64,000 nt of DNA from Moniliella sp. 'wahieum' (Eukaryota): assembly GCA_003971905.1 (NCBI GenBank), contig RSEE01000053.1, positions 186,001 through 250,000 of the forward strand, read 5' to 3'. The translations under genes and the position numbers were made by a program. Positions 1 to 13,330 of this stretch are shown here, one piece after another. The stretch's first letter is position 1; each line of letters begins with the position of its first letter. The notes under the pieces are model-generated. The model was given only the letters and a program-made list of their open reading frames with translations, was not told the DNA's origin and searched no databases.

Positions 1-10
1 AATTGGCACT

Positions 11-108
11 CGGCCTAACCGGCCTAACCGGCCTAACCAGTAACCTAGTAACCCGGCCGAACACGGCCTAACATGGAACAGGGCCTAAGGTTTAACAGGG
101 CTTAACAC
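11..108. repeat. Degenerate tandem repeat (GGCCTAACC)x3 with decaying copies; equals palindrome CCGGCC + TAA
   Basis: cggccTAAccggccTAAccggccTAAccagTAAcctagTAA read directly at 11-50, with more GGCCTAA-like copies to ~108. Confidence 0.8.
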
Positions 109-1794
109 GTGAAGCATCGTGCGTATCACCCGTCAGATATCAGATGATCGATGAGGGCGCTGCGGCGCTCAGGCGCGCTGAGGCTCAGCCCTGGGCTGAG
201 CGCCCTGAGCCTCAGGTTCTCTGGTTGAACCGCTCAGACGTACCCAGGCGCTCAGGCTCAGGTCTTAGCCTCCACGTGGAATATGCATACGGGCCTCTAC
301 GTTGACTAACATCGTTATGTTGCGTCAGTAGGGTTGTGTTGTCGGGTAATTGATTTAGTCGCTTAAATATTCAACGCTAAGTTCCAAGTCACTAGTCACT
401 GTAATTAGCCACTAGTACTGTGTGGCAGTGGAAGGCGAGCAAGGCAGGGGAAAAGATGGTGTGGATGCGATCAGGAGGAAGGCAGCCCGGAGGCCCAACA
501 GGAAGGGGCGGAACGGAGGCGAAAGGCGAAAGGGCCGCTCGCACATGGAGCTAACAATAGTCACTAGTAGTCACTCTCGTCCACACGTTTCAAACATTCA
601 CACAATCCCCATCCTGCTCCGTGAGGCTGGCATCGATCGCGTCCCCGGATCATCGATCATCGACCATCGACCATCCGCCTCACATCATCACACGACCCTA
701 GCCAACCCTCGGACATGCACCATGCACCATGCATCATGCATCATGCATCATGCGTGGTCTGTGGCCTGCCGCATGAGTGATGTGGCTGGTGACTAGGGAC
801 TAGGGACTAGTGACTTCATCTGCATCATGCACATCATGCATCCGATACCATCCAGCACGTGTCGCCGGTCACACATCATCTGTGGGCTCTACACTTGGGT
901 GCTAACATCGTCGGCGGCGGAGCAATGACGGGCAGCAGGCCGCTGGCTACCAGCTCCAAACAGCTGGAGCTGGAGCTGAAGCTAGCTCAGTACTGAGACT
1001 CAGTTGAGTGTGCTCAGCCGCTGACGCTGGAAACTAGCTTGAATTGCGGCAACGCTGAGCGTCAGTGGAACGTTGAACCTGAATGTGCAAGCGAAAAAGC
1101 TTCAGCGCAAAAGCCCAGATGTCTTCGAAGCCTGAACAAGCGCAAGCCTCCCCGATCATCTCGATCTCCCGGCTTTAGATCTTCAGAGCTTCATCCTTCA
1201 AGCTTCAAGCTTCGAACATCAAGCTTCGAGCTCCAATTCGCAACCTGGGCGGCCGCGCCACAGTCCTAGTCAATCCCAACGCCGCCCGATCCTTGCCCAG
1301 CCAGGCTTCACTTCAAGCCGGCTCTCCATCTCTTGTCGACTTTCACGTTCATTTTCGTCTCACGACGCCATCCCCTGCCTTACTCCCATCTTCCATCTTC
1401 TCCAGGCACCCTCTTGCCATCCAGTGTGTCCGTTAACAGCCTGGCGCATTGAGCGAGTCCCCGGTTGCGTACAGTTCTGGCTTCCAACCCTTCTACTCCC
1501 CAAGCGCCCTGATCGTCATCAGGCTTCCAGTTCCAAACGCCATTGACCAACACTTGCTCTGCAAGCCCAACTCGAACCCCCGCATCGCCCCAGCTTCTGG
1601 TGGAGGCAGTTCCTGTTCGCATTGCGTTCAGAGTCCCTAGCACACTGCACACTCGGCTCGCTGCGCTTCCGCTGCTGCTGGCGATCGGTCTGTTAGTAAT
1701 CACTCAGTTCCGGGTTCCACCCTCATCCTGCATTCCTAACCATTCTCTCGTTTGCAACCGCAGGCCATGCATCCACTGAGTGGTACTCCGGACG

Positions 1795-3868
1795 ATGTTC
1801 AGGCCAGCAGTGCACCTGACCCGCCCCCACACACTGGTCCTGCCTCGGCAACCAACCCACCAAACCCCCACCCCGGATAGCCCCACCTTCGCTTCTGGCC
1901 CCTCGCCTCTCGAGGCTGTCGCTTCACCCCAGCCTCATCCACCTGAAGAGGAATCTCCTTCCGACCCTCCAGCCCGACGGCGCGGGGGTAAGGCCGCTTC
2001 GACATCGTCACGTCAAGGAAGAGGACAAGGCGTAGCTAGAGCGTGCTCGAATTGCAAGCGCAGCCATTTGGCCTGCGATTTAACCGTACGTTTTATTCTC
2101 CTCGCCCCAAGGCAATCGGAACTGACAGGAAGCACAGCGTCCGTGCAGACGATGTGTTATGCTCGACAAGGCTGATACATGCGTGGACGTACAACACAAA
2201 AAACGGGGCGCCCCCAAAGCAAGTATACCCTGACGAGTGCTATGATGGATCCCCCCACACACCTTGCTACTGAAAGTCGCCCCGCTGGCTTCTCCTGCTG
2301 CTCCCGATGGAGTTGCAAGTGGGAGTCGTAGCATCAGCGGCCCTGGCGGTGGAGGTGAGACCGGGAGCAGGGCAGGGAGCATCTTCTCGCCAACAACTTC
2401 TACAAGACTCCCTTATACCGCGTCTATTGACGCTCCCCAGCCGCCTCCAGGGCCTCAGCCATTGGCCCCACTGCCTGAATCACATTCAGTGCCACTCGTT
2501 CCGATTCAAACGCCGACTCCGACTCGGCCCCAGCAACCTGATACATCGCCCTATGACCGCCCACACTTCCCCAGCATGCCCGAAACCCAGATGCATCGTC
2601 CAGGTTCCTCGCTTGCTGAGCAGGGCTATTCGCCCGTGCACGACAGTCAATCGCGCCGCTTCCTCGCTCACCGTCCTTCGGACCCGACGTTGAATCGGTC
2701 CACAGCCTTTTCAGGCTTGGGCCCAAGCCGCCGCTCTTGGGCAAGAGGCTCTCCTGCCCCGTATCCACAGGCGATGGTAGGCTCCGACCCGCCCCCCCTC
2801 CGTTCTTTGCCCCCCCTTCCGGTGGGCGTTCTCTTGTCCCGCTGGATCATCTTGTAGCCGGGAGGAAACGCAGTGTGCCTGATCATTGGCATGGTGAACC
2901 TCGCGTCCCCCCACCTCCCCCTCTCCAACGACCACGATTCCGTTCCGACCACTCTCCTCCACCCTTGCGATCTCGGATTGAGACAGGTCCGTACTCAGGG
3001 CCACTGCAGCCGTTTGAATGGCCACCGCTCTCCCAAAGTGGGATCGCCGGACCGAGAGGGCCGGGCGGAGACCGTCGCTCAGATCGAGATGGAGCGAGTT
3101 CCCCGCTCCAGGAACTCCCCACCCCTCCGGCTGGACCGACATCAACTTATCCTCCGTTTTCTGGTTCCTCGCATTTGCTTGCTTCCCGACCGCTTGGCCC
3201 GCTCGACCGGGCCCCAGCACGGTGTTCCAGGCTCAGCTCAACGCGGCAGGACATTGGCCAGTCCTGTGGCATTAGCGCAGGGGGGTGAAGACCGATATGG
3301 GTACCAGCCCGCTCCATCCCATCCTGTGTCGTCACTGCCAGCCGGAGACCGTCTCACGCATTCTCTCCGTCGCTCTTCCTCCCCATCGGACCGGTCCAGC
3401 TGGCCCTCCTCCACGGAGTGTCAATTGGTTTGTACAATGGAGTATGAATTGATCCGCGTATCACCAGAGGCGTCGGAGCTGCTTGGGTTGGCTGAACCTG
3501 AGCTTGTCCAACGTACCCTCTTGGATCTGATCCACCCAGAAGATCAGGGCCGCTTTCAGAAAATCTGCACCAATGTATCGCAGGGAAGCGGTGGGGAAAC
3601 CATTTTTTCATCCCGGTTCTCCATTCGTCAAGTCCGCGCCGCCTTTGACGCTCCCTTATTCCACCTCGCCGCACCAGCCGTTGGTACCCGGGTCGGCTCG
3701 GGTCAACTGCGCATTAACCTACAACAACTCGGGCGTGGTTCGGGGCCTCAGGAAGAACTGGTGGTGCAAATCTACCTCGGCCGCTTCTTTGGCTTGTCCC
3801 TGGCCCACCCGCCCTCCTTCTCAAAAGCATGTCTCGTAGCTACCTTGGCCCGTTGTGTTCCCGCCTAA
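1795..3868 (+). CDS. Zn(II)2Cys6 transcription factor with C-terminal PAS domain (Ert1/Rds2/AcuK-like architecture)
   Basis: VARACSNCKRSHLACDLT joined across intron 2086-2137 (GTACGT..CTGAC..CAG) to RPCRRCVMLDKADTCVDVQHKKRG gives the six-Cys motif. PAS-like segment LIRVSPEASELLG...LLDLIHPEDQ lies in ORF 2873-3868. Several frameshifts; start approximate. Confidence 0.85.
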
Positions 3869-6800
3869 TCTTCCTCCCTTCTTCCTCTTCCTCCACACGC
3901 ACACTCCTTACCGGTTAAAGAGACCTACCTTCCTACTGTTCCTCTGCCCTACTGTTGCCCGACTGCCTCACCCCCCTTTCCTCACGTCAACGTATCCCTC
4001 CTCACCTAGGGCACCATCAGTCTTAGCTTACACAACAACGTGCGGTCCGCTTGACTGCTTTTGTTCACGTTGTGCACTCGCTCTCCCGCAAATTCTAATT
4101 GTCGGTCTGGCCGATTTGCAATTGTAATCAAAATGGCTGTCGAGCCGAAGGCGCGAAGGAGAAACTCCCGAGTACACAGGTGGACGAAGAAGTCTGCGGT
4201 TTCCGGTTTCCGGTTTCCGGTTACCCCGGTTACGATCATCACTTATCGGCAGTTAGCACTTGCAACTACTAAGAGTCTCAAAGTGGCTCTGCTGCCGGTG
4301 TAACCTAAAGGCCCATTCCGGGCTCCCCCGGAGCTTCTGCGTTTCTGCTACCTGGAATAGGTCCTCGCGTTGCTTCTACGACTGTGTAGCCAGCGCGCGG
4401 CGCCGCCATTCTGAATCTCGTATCACTTAAAGTGCTACATGTTAGGATTTACGCATCGCGCGCGACCGCCGAAATAGGGGGTGGGGGCGTCAGGGGCAAA
4501 CTGGTTGGTCAGCCGAGATGGGCCACACAGGGGAGAGAGCCTGGCAGATTATGCCGGGAAGCCTTTTGTTGTAAAATCAACAAAGGGTGTGCAACCGCGG
4601 CAGCCATTGAGGCGTTGACGGTAAAACGTACTGAACCTTGAGAGGCATCGAATATTGAGGGTAAAACGGAGAATGGAGAACGTAGAACATAGAACGTAGA
4701 ACGTTGAGATCGTTGAGACGTTGAGGCTTGATGTCACCGGTCTCGGTCACGCCGGCCCCGTGGGCTTTGGCATGTTGTGGTCTGAGATCAGACGAAAGGG
4801 GGCAGCGAGGGGGGCTGATGTCGACCAAGCCTGTTGTGCACCGCCTTTCATCCCTATGCTGACATGTTTCTCCGCTGGCGCGCCATCCCGGTTTTCCTAA
4901 CCCCGAAGGGCACCGTAGAGTCCATTCCCTTCCGTCCCTCCTCCGCACGTCGGGGTGCATCCTCGGCCTTCTTGGGCTCAGGACCACACAAGACGCTTGG
5001 GGTCCCTCCAGGGGCTCCACTAGTAGTAAGAAATGCCACGCCTGGGCTGAGCGCTGAGCGCCGAGCGCCGACGAACCCTGCACTCAGCCTCGGAGGCCGA
5101 GCGCTGAGCGCTGCTACGAATACTAAATGATGGGCTCGCTCTGTCTGCATGTTTCGGACTTTTTGCGTCCCCCACATGCTTCACGGGTCTCGACAAGACC
5201 CAACCCGGTTGCAATGCAGAACTGTGTTTTTTTTTCGAGGGACTCGCTCGATCGCTTGCTACGGCCGCTGAGGCCGCTGAGGGCGTGCGTATTACTAGCA
5301 TCATCACTCCTGACCTCAGGCTGAGGCCTCATCGACCTCATCGCCAATTCCACTCCACTTGGTGGACTTCAAAAAAGGCGTACCTCCGTATTTCGCGATT
5401 CAGACATGCCGGGAACGATGAGTGGCGACGGAACTTTTTGTGGGGCCCCTCCTTGTCGCCTTCCTTCGCCTCGGAGACGAAGTTGTCAATGGTTATATAT
5501 GGTGTCATGCATCATGTCACATGTCACTGGCGAAGAAGGACCAACGAGCCCTGACATTGATACGCACTTCATTTACCTACCAGCCCGAGTCGCCCACAGC
5601 CAATAAGAACAGACTCAAGTGATGTGATGAGCAGATGCCAAGAACTTGTGCCCAACAGTGTGTAGACACAGAACCATATGCTTTGGCCGGAAGTTTGACG
5701 CAGGGAGAAGACAAAAGGTCGAACAAGTCCTGTCACAGAACTCAACTCTACTAATGTAAGATCACCGCGGGATCCATATACAGAGAAAACTGAAAGCTGT
5801 GAGAGAGGTCGACGGAAATGGATGCCTGGACGCAAGGATTCGGAAAGACCCAACGGTGTTCGCTGAAGCAGGTCGATGGGACTGCTGTGGTGAACTAGGG
5901 AGTAACGCGGGTGTTGCCTGGTGTCTAGTCAAGCATGGATTCGCTAGATGTTGTGTTGCAAAATGACCCATTAGAGGGGAAAGAATATAAACAAAGGCTA
6001 TACAGACAGGACTTTAAGGAATCAACATACAACGTAGAAAGAGGAAGGCATAAAGGTGAATGGCTCTCCAAGGGAAACCGATCAAGTAGGGAAAGGTTCC
6101 CACGCTCAATTCATCAAAGAGATGCCAGGACACGCCTTGTGAAGGGAAGCGGGATGTAAGGGGCCTTCGTAAAGTTGATCCAATCTAAGGCCCGAAGATC
6201 CTTTTTCTCCAATCCTAACAGAGCTCGCTCCCAAAAAACCTATTCACGATCATCATGGAGCGGCGGTCCTACCATGTCCAGCGGCCAAAGCATCAGTCAT
6301 CTCGACCCTACTACATGTATCCTTTTTGATGACCAAGATTCTCGCTCCTTGCTTCTTTATATATTTTCGCTTTCTTCTCCACGTTTCTTCCCCATTGGGG
6401 ACGAAGGGCAGCTGTTCTCCGTTTGTTTTCTCGTTGCCGTCCGGAAACGGTCTCCCGAAGAAAGTGGTGCTTGTTCTCTATAGTCCCTTGTCTTTCCCCG
6501 TCGTCATTATACTGTCACATGATGCGTTGTTTCCCGTTTTTTAGTCCGTGCCCGTGTGCAATAGATCTCATGTGGGCTTGCCCCCGCGATCCATTGAGGC
6601 CTCCACCTCCTTTGTCAATCCATAAACAGTTGAGGTAACTCTCCGTATGATAGTTGCCTCCTCTGCTCTACGCCTCTTCATACTCCATAGGTAATTATCC
6701 CCAGCAGCCCCAGCTTCAATATCAGCTAAACGAGATGTGTAACGTTTCGTTTACGAAGAGGTTGTGGATCTCATCCGATGTTTGGTCTCCGTCTGTGCCC

Positions 6801-9147
6801 CCAAAAAAATCAGGAATATAAAAGCAAATAATGGCGTAACCAGCAGGTCGGGATCGTCTGGCTCTCGGTTGCCATTGCTTTCCAACCACATGTAGAACGA
6901 TAAAGGATAAGAATGAGCGTGTGCTGCATACATACTAGGAGCGATACGCCCTCTCCGAAATGCGGCTCTTCAGCAAGTTCTTTCTCCTTCCAGTATTCAT
7001 ACAGCTTCTTGAACCGTCTTACTCGTGTTAGCATAATGCCCCCTTAGTGTCGTTATGGAGGCAAAAGAGGAAAGAACAGGTCCCGAGTGCCTCCCTAGTA
7101 CTTGCCGCTCTTCAATCCGTCGCCAGTTCCATAACCCAATACAGTTGCCCTTCAACTCCACCGTTCCACATCAACAGGCATGGGCGTCCCTTCATATATT
7201 AGTACACATCACCTTTCCTGAACGCAATCTTGGTCTGTTCCTTCGACCACCCAAAAGAGTAAATGCCTGAAAGTGTGGTCCACCACCGTCCCTGTCCACA
7301 TCAAAAACGCTCTTGGTGTCATAAAATCCATCATATGAAGGCCGTCTTGTATGAGAAGAAAAACGGTTGGTCAAGGTTGATGGCATAATATAGATGGAGG
7401 TTAAACAGTCTGTATTATATCACGATTCACTTCGGCGACCCGGCACTCCTCCCGCTGTTGTAGACAGAGTAGATATAGTATACTTAACCACCACGGAAAA
7501 AGGAAGGAAGTTTCAAGGCGACCACCATCACCTACTCTTCCGTAAAAGCGGAGACAACAGACCTCTCGCCCTCTGGGGAGAGAGGGCATGAAGGTACGGC
7601 GATGATCCAAAGTCGCGCAAGGGGGGGGTCGCGCACATTTCTCTCCACGCGCGAAGTAGTATTGATTCTAGCCAGTAACTTCTGAGAGCGACAATCTCTG
7701 TGGACGGGACTGAGACCTCCCTTTTTGTACCAAAGCAAGCGCCCAGCGCAGTCACAGCGAGTTTGCCTCGAGTCCACATCTCTCCACTGGGAAACCATAT
7801 GATATAATCATACCATACAAGATGAAGAAATGTGTTGCACTGGCCGTCCACTGGGGGAACCACAGTTGCGAGGACGGCGTTGGCGAGGACATGAGTTAAA
7901 CATCCCCATCAATTGAACGATGGCACGCTCAAACACCCACACAACCCATTATGTTTTAGCAAAATGTATAAACAACGTATACGAAGAGGCGTTTTCCTTG
8001 TTGATGAGCTGAGAGCTGAGCAGTATATGATCGGGTCATTGTCGGGTGTACGCATTGACTTAGAGGTGATACTCTCACGGCGACAAGCGGGTCCATACAC
8101 AATAGTGTAAGGGCCACGGCGGTCGGAAGAGACATGCCATTAAAAGCATTCATCCAATCGGCCTGATGCACTATAGTCCAGCATGAACATCCACAGTGTA
8201 TAATGAAGTAATAGTCGTGTATTCACCGGTCCTGCTGTTGGGTTAGGATGTATGTTTGAGTACCAGGCTATATGCTTGCTATGGAGACTATAATGGATGA
8301 TCACGATGGACTCGGCACTGAGCGTTCTTGATTGCCAAGAGTTGTCGCTCCACAAACCTATCCCTAATTAATACTCTAAAGTTCGGGCCGTTTCCTTGCC
8401 TCATCTCTCTTCCCCGCTACCCGTTTCGGCCCCATAGAGCCAGTAATCAAGGAGAAAATCAAAGTGGATTAAGAGCCCACCAATAAGCCTTCGGGTGAAC
8501 CCGGTGAATGAGCACAGTTGCGTTCACAAGCTGATCATGATCATGAAGCTCAACGCTCAACGCAAGGTCCAACAATCCATGGCATCAGTAGACATTAGGG
8601 ATGAGACGGGCCGTTCGATCTTCGATCTTTCGATCTTTCGATCTGTCGACAGACATATGAGATTGACGATGGGAAAAGGGCGGGCGGGCGGGCAAGCACG
8701 AATCCAATGTATAGAATGGGACGAACAAAGAACAGGACAGGCAAGAAAAAAAAAAGTTGTTGAGGTACGGGAAAAGAAATAAAAGGACTCGTATTATGCA
8801 TCCGGACAAACACATGCATCCATATTGACACAGACACATAGGTCCCGAGGGGAAAGAGGAAAGGAAAGGAGGAAGAAAGTTGAGAAGAAAGGAAGAAAGG
8901 AGAGGAAAGGAGAAGAATGGAAGCCAATGGCAGATCGGCTGGGAGCCTGGGAAAGCAGCATAGGATACAAAAAGGGAGGCCTCAGGAGGGGCCAAATGAG
9001 AGTGTAGGTAGTAGGGAACGAGCGTGAGATCGGATAGGCGTCAAGAAAGGGAAAGGCAAGGGAAGAGGGGAACAGGAAAGAAGGAAAAACGAGAACAGGA
9101 AAGGTTTGGTAAGGACCAAAAGGAGAAATGAAAGGTAGCATGTCACA

Positions 9148-12100
9148 TTACTGGCTTGGGCTTAGCGTCCACATTTCTCTCCGCCCGTGTACAGCTTTGA
9201 GAGCGGCATGCGAGCCACGCTCATGGAGGAACTTGATGCGCACTTGTGTTCCTGCAGGCGCAACCTCTGCCTCCTCTGGCTGCGAGGCAATGGGACAGAC
9301 TTCGACACGGAGTTTGACTGCCTTCTTAGCGCTTGTCGCTGTCCCACGCAAAAAGGCGGATCCAGGTATGGAGGAACGAGGGGCAGGGATGTCCACCATG
9401 CTCACCGAAGCGACTTGTGGTAACAAGGTCAAGAGTGTCTGCCGCGTCTGCGTGACGCCAGCCGAGGAGTAGAGGGTGTACGAAGAAGGCTTTCGGTTGA
9501 AAATACTGCCAAACCACGAAGCCTGCCGAGGACTCTGAAGTGCCCCAAGTGGCTCGTTGCCTGTAGAGAAGAGGGCTCGTCCTTGTGCCCCGAGAGCGAA
9601 GGGGAAACCCGGACTGCGCTGCTGGAGGCGTGTCAAGCTCGGCTTTTTCTTCGGATGGGATGTCGCACCACCAACCGAGCTCAGTGTGGGCGTAGCATCT
9701 GCACCTGCCCGCGCTGATGCTGCGACGGGAGGAGAAGAGTGCGAACCGGCAGCAGAAGTAGGACGGAAGTAGGTCTGCGATAGAGGACGAGAATCGGTGC
9801 CAGACGGATGAGGGTCCAGGCCCAACGCATTGGTCAGAGCTGCCATGCCAGTCGCCCGACCAAGAGAGCCACCAGGGAAAGGATTGGGTCGAAGGCGGAA
9901 GCTGCGTCCCAGACTCGTTCCCACCTGAGCCACTCCTCGATAAATGATTCGGGTCAATAGATGTGGCCCCTACAGTGGGACTTCCAAACCCATTCGACGT
10001 TCGAGTAAGCCGACGGGACGAAATACGAGAGCTATTGGCCTGTACTGGAGGCAAAGCGGACGTGACGCTTGGAGGGGTGCGGCTCGCCTTTGGTCCTAGT
10101 GATAGATCCGGAAGGGAGCTTTTAGCGCCCACGTGGGGTTCAGCCGAGTGAGCTGTAGCCCCGCATTCTTGCCGAGGGAAGTGAAGGCAAGACCGAAGTC
10201 CCCTTCTGTAGTAGGGTTGAACGTCAGAGGAGGCAAGGCTGTCAGACCCGGCGAGATGGGTGTGTATGGGCTATTAGTAGCACTCTTGTTGGTGCTCGGA
10301 GCCGTTGTCGTACCTGAAGTGGTTTGAAGCGGTTGACAAAGCCGTCGAACCGCTTGACAGCCGGCTCGGTTCTCGGCCGGCGCCCCCACTTCTCCTTCCA
10401 TCCGTTGCCGGGTTAGATTGGCCTGGCAGACCCAAACCCAAAACCGACCCAGGGCCCATGAGAAGGCAGGCGCTGGGGAAGGACCGGTAATGGTAGATCG
10501 TGCGCTGACAACACCGATGTACGGCCACCGAAAAGGTAGGAACCCGTCTCGCCCGGCACATCGGTCAGATCGGGCTCTCCTTCGTCCTCGTCGGCGTCTT
10601 GGAACCGATCGCTACGGGGGGTAGTGCCCCCGAAGGGCCACGACTTGTGGCACTGCTGGTAGATCCCCGACGACTCGAGCCGCTCAAAAGTGCCATCCCA
10701 TATGCTGGACTGGGCGGAACAGAAAGCGTCGCCCGCGGGTGAGGGTGCACTAACCGGCTTGACTTCATGCGTCCACGTTGATGGTAGCGGTGCTGGGCTG
10801 AGAGCAGGGGAAACTGGCACTGAAGCTGATTGAGCGGGTACTCCCTGGCCAGGTGTAGGCGTCGACGCTGCACTGGGCCGACGCACCCGATTGCGCTTGG
10901 TCAATCTTGGCTTGAAGGCGGTTGCTACGCTCAGAGTTGCCTCCTTCAGCACGGAGGATGGCAAGCTCGGCAGCAACTTCGTGGAAGAAGCGTTGGACTG
11001 CCGCATCATCCCCTACATGCGGGACGGCCGGGAGGGATGCACAGCATCCGTGTGAGCTGCATCAGCGGGGGTAGCACCACGTAGAAGGATTTGCGTGGTA
11101 GGGATCGGGCAGAGGAAGAGTCGATCGATAGGCGACGAGCGCTGGATGGCCTTTCACTGGGCCGGAGGAGGGGCAGGGGAGGAGATGCATAAGCAGTGGC
11201 GGGAGCAGAGAAGTGTATACGCCTAGCCCAGGGCTTGGTTGGTGGTAGGTACATAGCGTTGTGCTTCAATCGCTGCTGCTGCTGACGGAGCAACAGGGGG
11301 GCAGATGACAGGGATGGACGCCCATGCCCATTTCGCATAGTGTACGCATGTAGTGAAGCCAGTGCTTCCGCAGCCACACCCGCAGCTTGGGGGAGTGACA
11401 CCATTGGGGTGAACCGGAAGTCCTTTGGCCACCAATTTGGGGACTGGTAGCCTGGGACAAGGGTGCCAGTGCGGATGGTGCCTGTTCGAAGTGGCATACA
11501 GCTCTGGCGGAGGCACGGCCGGCTCGAATTGGGTGACGAAGTCGCTGTCGACGTGTGATGAGAGGCTGTGGAGTGAGGAAGCACGGACATGGGTGTGAGA
11601 GCCCTGCAATGCCGACGAGTCGGTAGAGGATGAATGCTCAACAGGGGGCGCCCAGACGAACCGTTGGACGAAGTAGTGGCCAAGTCCCCATCCTCTCCTC
11701 TTCCTCCTCTTCCTCCTCGCAGCAGCTGGTTTTTCAGCAGCAGACGGTAGAATCGTTTCGGCCAAGTATCAGCTGGCGAGCATAGTTCTGCCTGCAGCTT
11801 TTCCTTGCTGTAACCTTGGAAAAGAAAGGTAAGACCACGGAAGATGTCGTCTTCCTCCCAGAGTAGGGAAGCTCGATGGGACCAGTATCCGTCACTACCG
11901 GAACTGGGTTGGTCGATGACAAGCGACAAAGTCGGTGAACCAAGGATGGTGGAAGAATCTCTGCCATGGTATAGCGCTTCCGCGGGTCGACGATCAGCAT
12001 GCGACGGATCAGGTCCTTGGCCGCTCGTCGCGCAAATGACGTGGCATCTCGAAGCGACCATCTTTGACCTTTTGCAGAAGGGTGCTCATATTGGGGTCAT

Positions 12101-13330
12101 CAAACTGCAAACGGCCACAAAGAAGGCAAAGAGGATGATCCGCATGACCAGATGTCGGCGCTGTACCCACGTACGACTTTTCCGCTAACGATCTCAGGAG
12201 AAGCATAATGCGGACTACGCATGACGTATCCAACATACGACCCGAGTGTTGGAGTGCTGCCATGCCAAAAATCAGCGATCTTGACTTGGCGCTTGTCCTT
12301 GACAAAAGGAGATTTCGGGTTTGAGGTCACGGTGACAGATGTTGAAGGAGGACAGTGGTCCACACCAAACATGATTTGCCGGAAGTAGTCGCGGGCCGTG
12401 TTAACCTCAAGGCGACCACAGGCGACCAGGTGATCGAACAACTCGCCGCCCTCGACATATTCCATGATGAGATAAGAACCTTCTTGGTCTCATACACATC
12501 AATCAGGGAAAGTAAGTTGTCGTGCTTGATCAGTTCATCACAATGATTCACGCTCAATGCCCACTTCCATCTTGTGAAGACGCTTCTGGACCTCGGGTCC
12601 CGTGCCACTGGCGGCCAGCTTGGACTCAAGCTGGTAGCGGGGATGATCTTGACGGCAGCCTTGACCCCCGTTTTCACATGATGGGCGAGACGGACTCGAC
12701 CTGAGATACAGTTAGCACACGCATTCATATGACCGTCACTGCCAGAGGGGGAGAGTCAGACACACCAGAGGCACCAGTGCCAATCAGGGCGCCGATCTGC
12801 CAAGGACCAATCATGGCAGGATCGTTGAATTCGCGTTTTTTTCTCTTTCAAGACGGGTGGTGGGACGAGGGCGTTCCGCACGGCAGAAGAGGAATGCTGG
12901 TCGAGGTGAGGAGCGGGTGTGGGGGCTGAGGCGCGGTCGCGGCGGATGTGCGAATGCGGCCAGTGGGTGCAGCAGCCGTGCTGGGAGGGGGCGGGGGGCG
13001 GCGACTGGCCTGGACTTGGCCGGAGGCTGGGGGGCAGCTGCATAGGGCATGGGCTTGGCAGGGGCAGGGCAGAGGAGGAGGACGAAGATGCATGTGTGGG
13101 TTTAGCGGGAGGGGGGGCCAACAGGGGGCGGTTTGCGGGTCAAGCTTGGCGGCGGCCCAGGCCTCCGAGAAGAGAGGCTCGACGGGAGGTGGAGGGGAGG
13201 AGGCGGAGGAGGCGGAAGCAGGGGCGGTGACGGGGGCGGGGGCAGATGCCAGGACAGGCGCGGGGGCAAAGGAGGCGGCATGAGCGGGCGAAGGAGCGCG
13301 GCGGGCCGACTGAAGCTGGGCAAACGCCAT
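9148..13330 (-). CDS. Ser/Thr protein kinase, Nim1/Gin4/Hsl1 (CAMKL) family, with KA1-like C-terminus
   Basis: IGPWQIGALIGTGASG|RVRLAHHVKTGVKAAVKII (intron 12701-12765), MEYVEGGELFD, KIADF, SPHYASPEIVSG, FDDPNMSTLLQKVKDGRFEMP, and a C-terminal KKAVKLRVEV...HERGSHAALK segment. Many frameshifts; start approximate. Confidence 0.85.

Noticed and set aside
11..108. Telomeric repeat at the window start
   Set aside because: The unit is GGCCTAACC rather than CCCTAA, with only three copies that decay quickly. The same motif occurs internally near 21108-21127 and fits the palindrome+TAA grammar.
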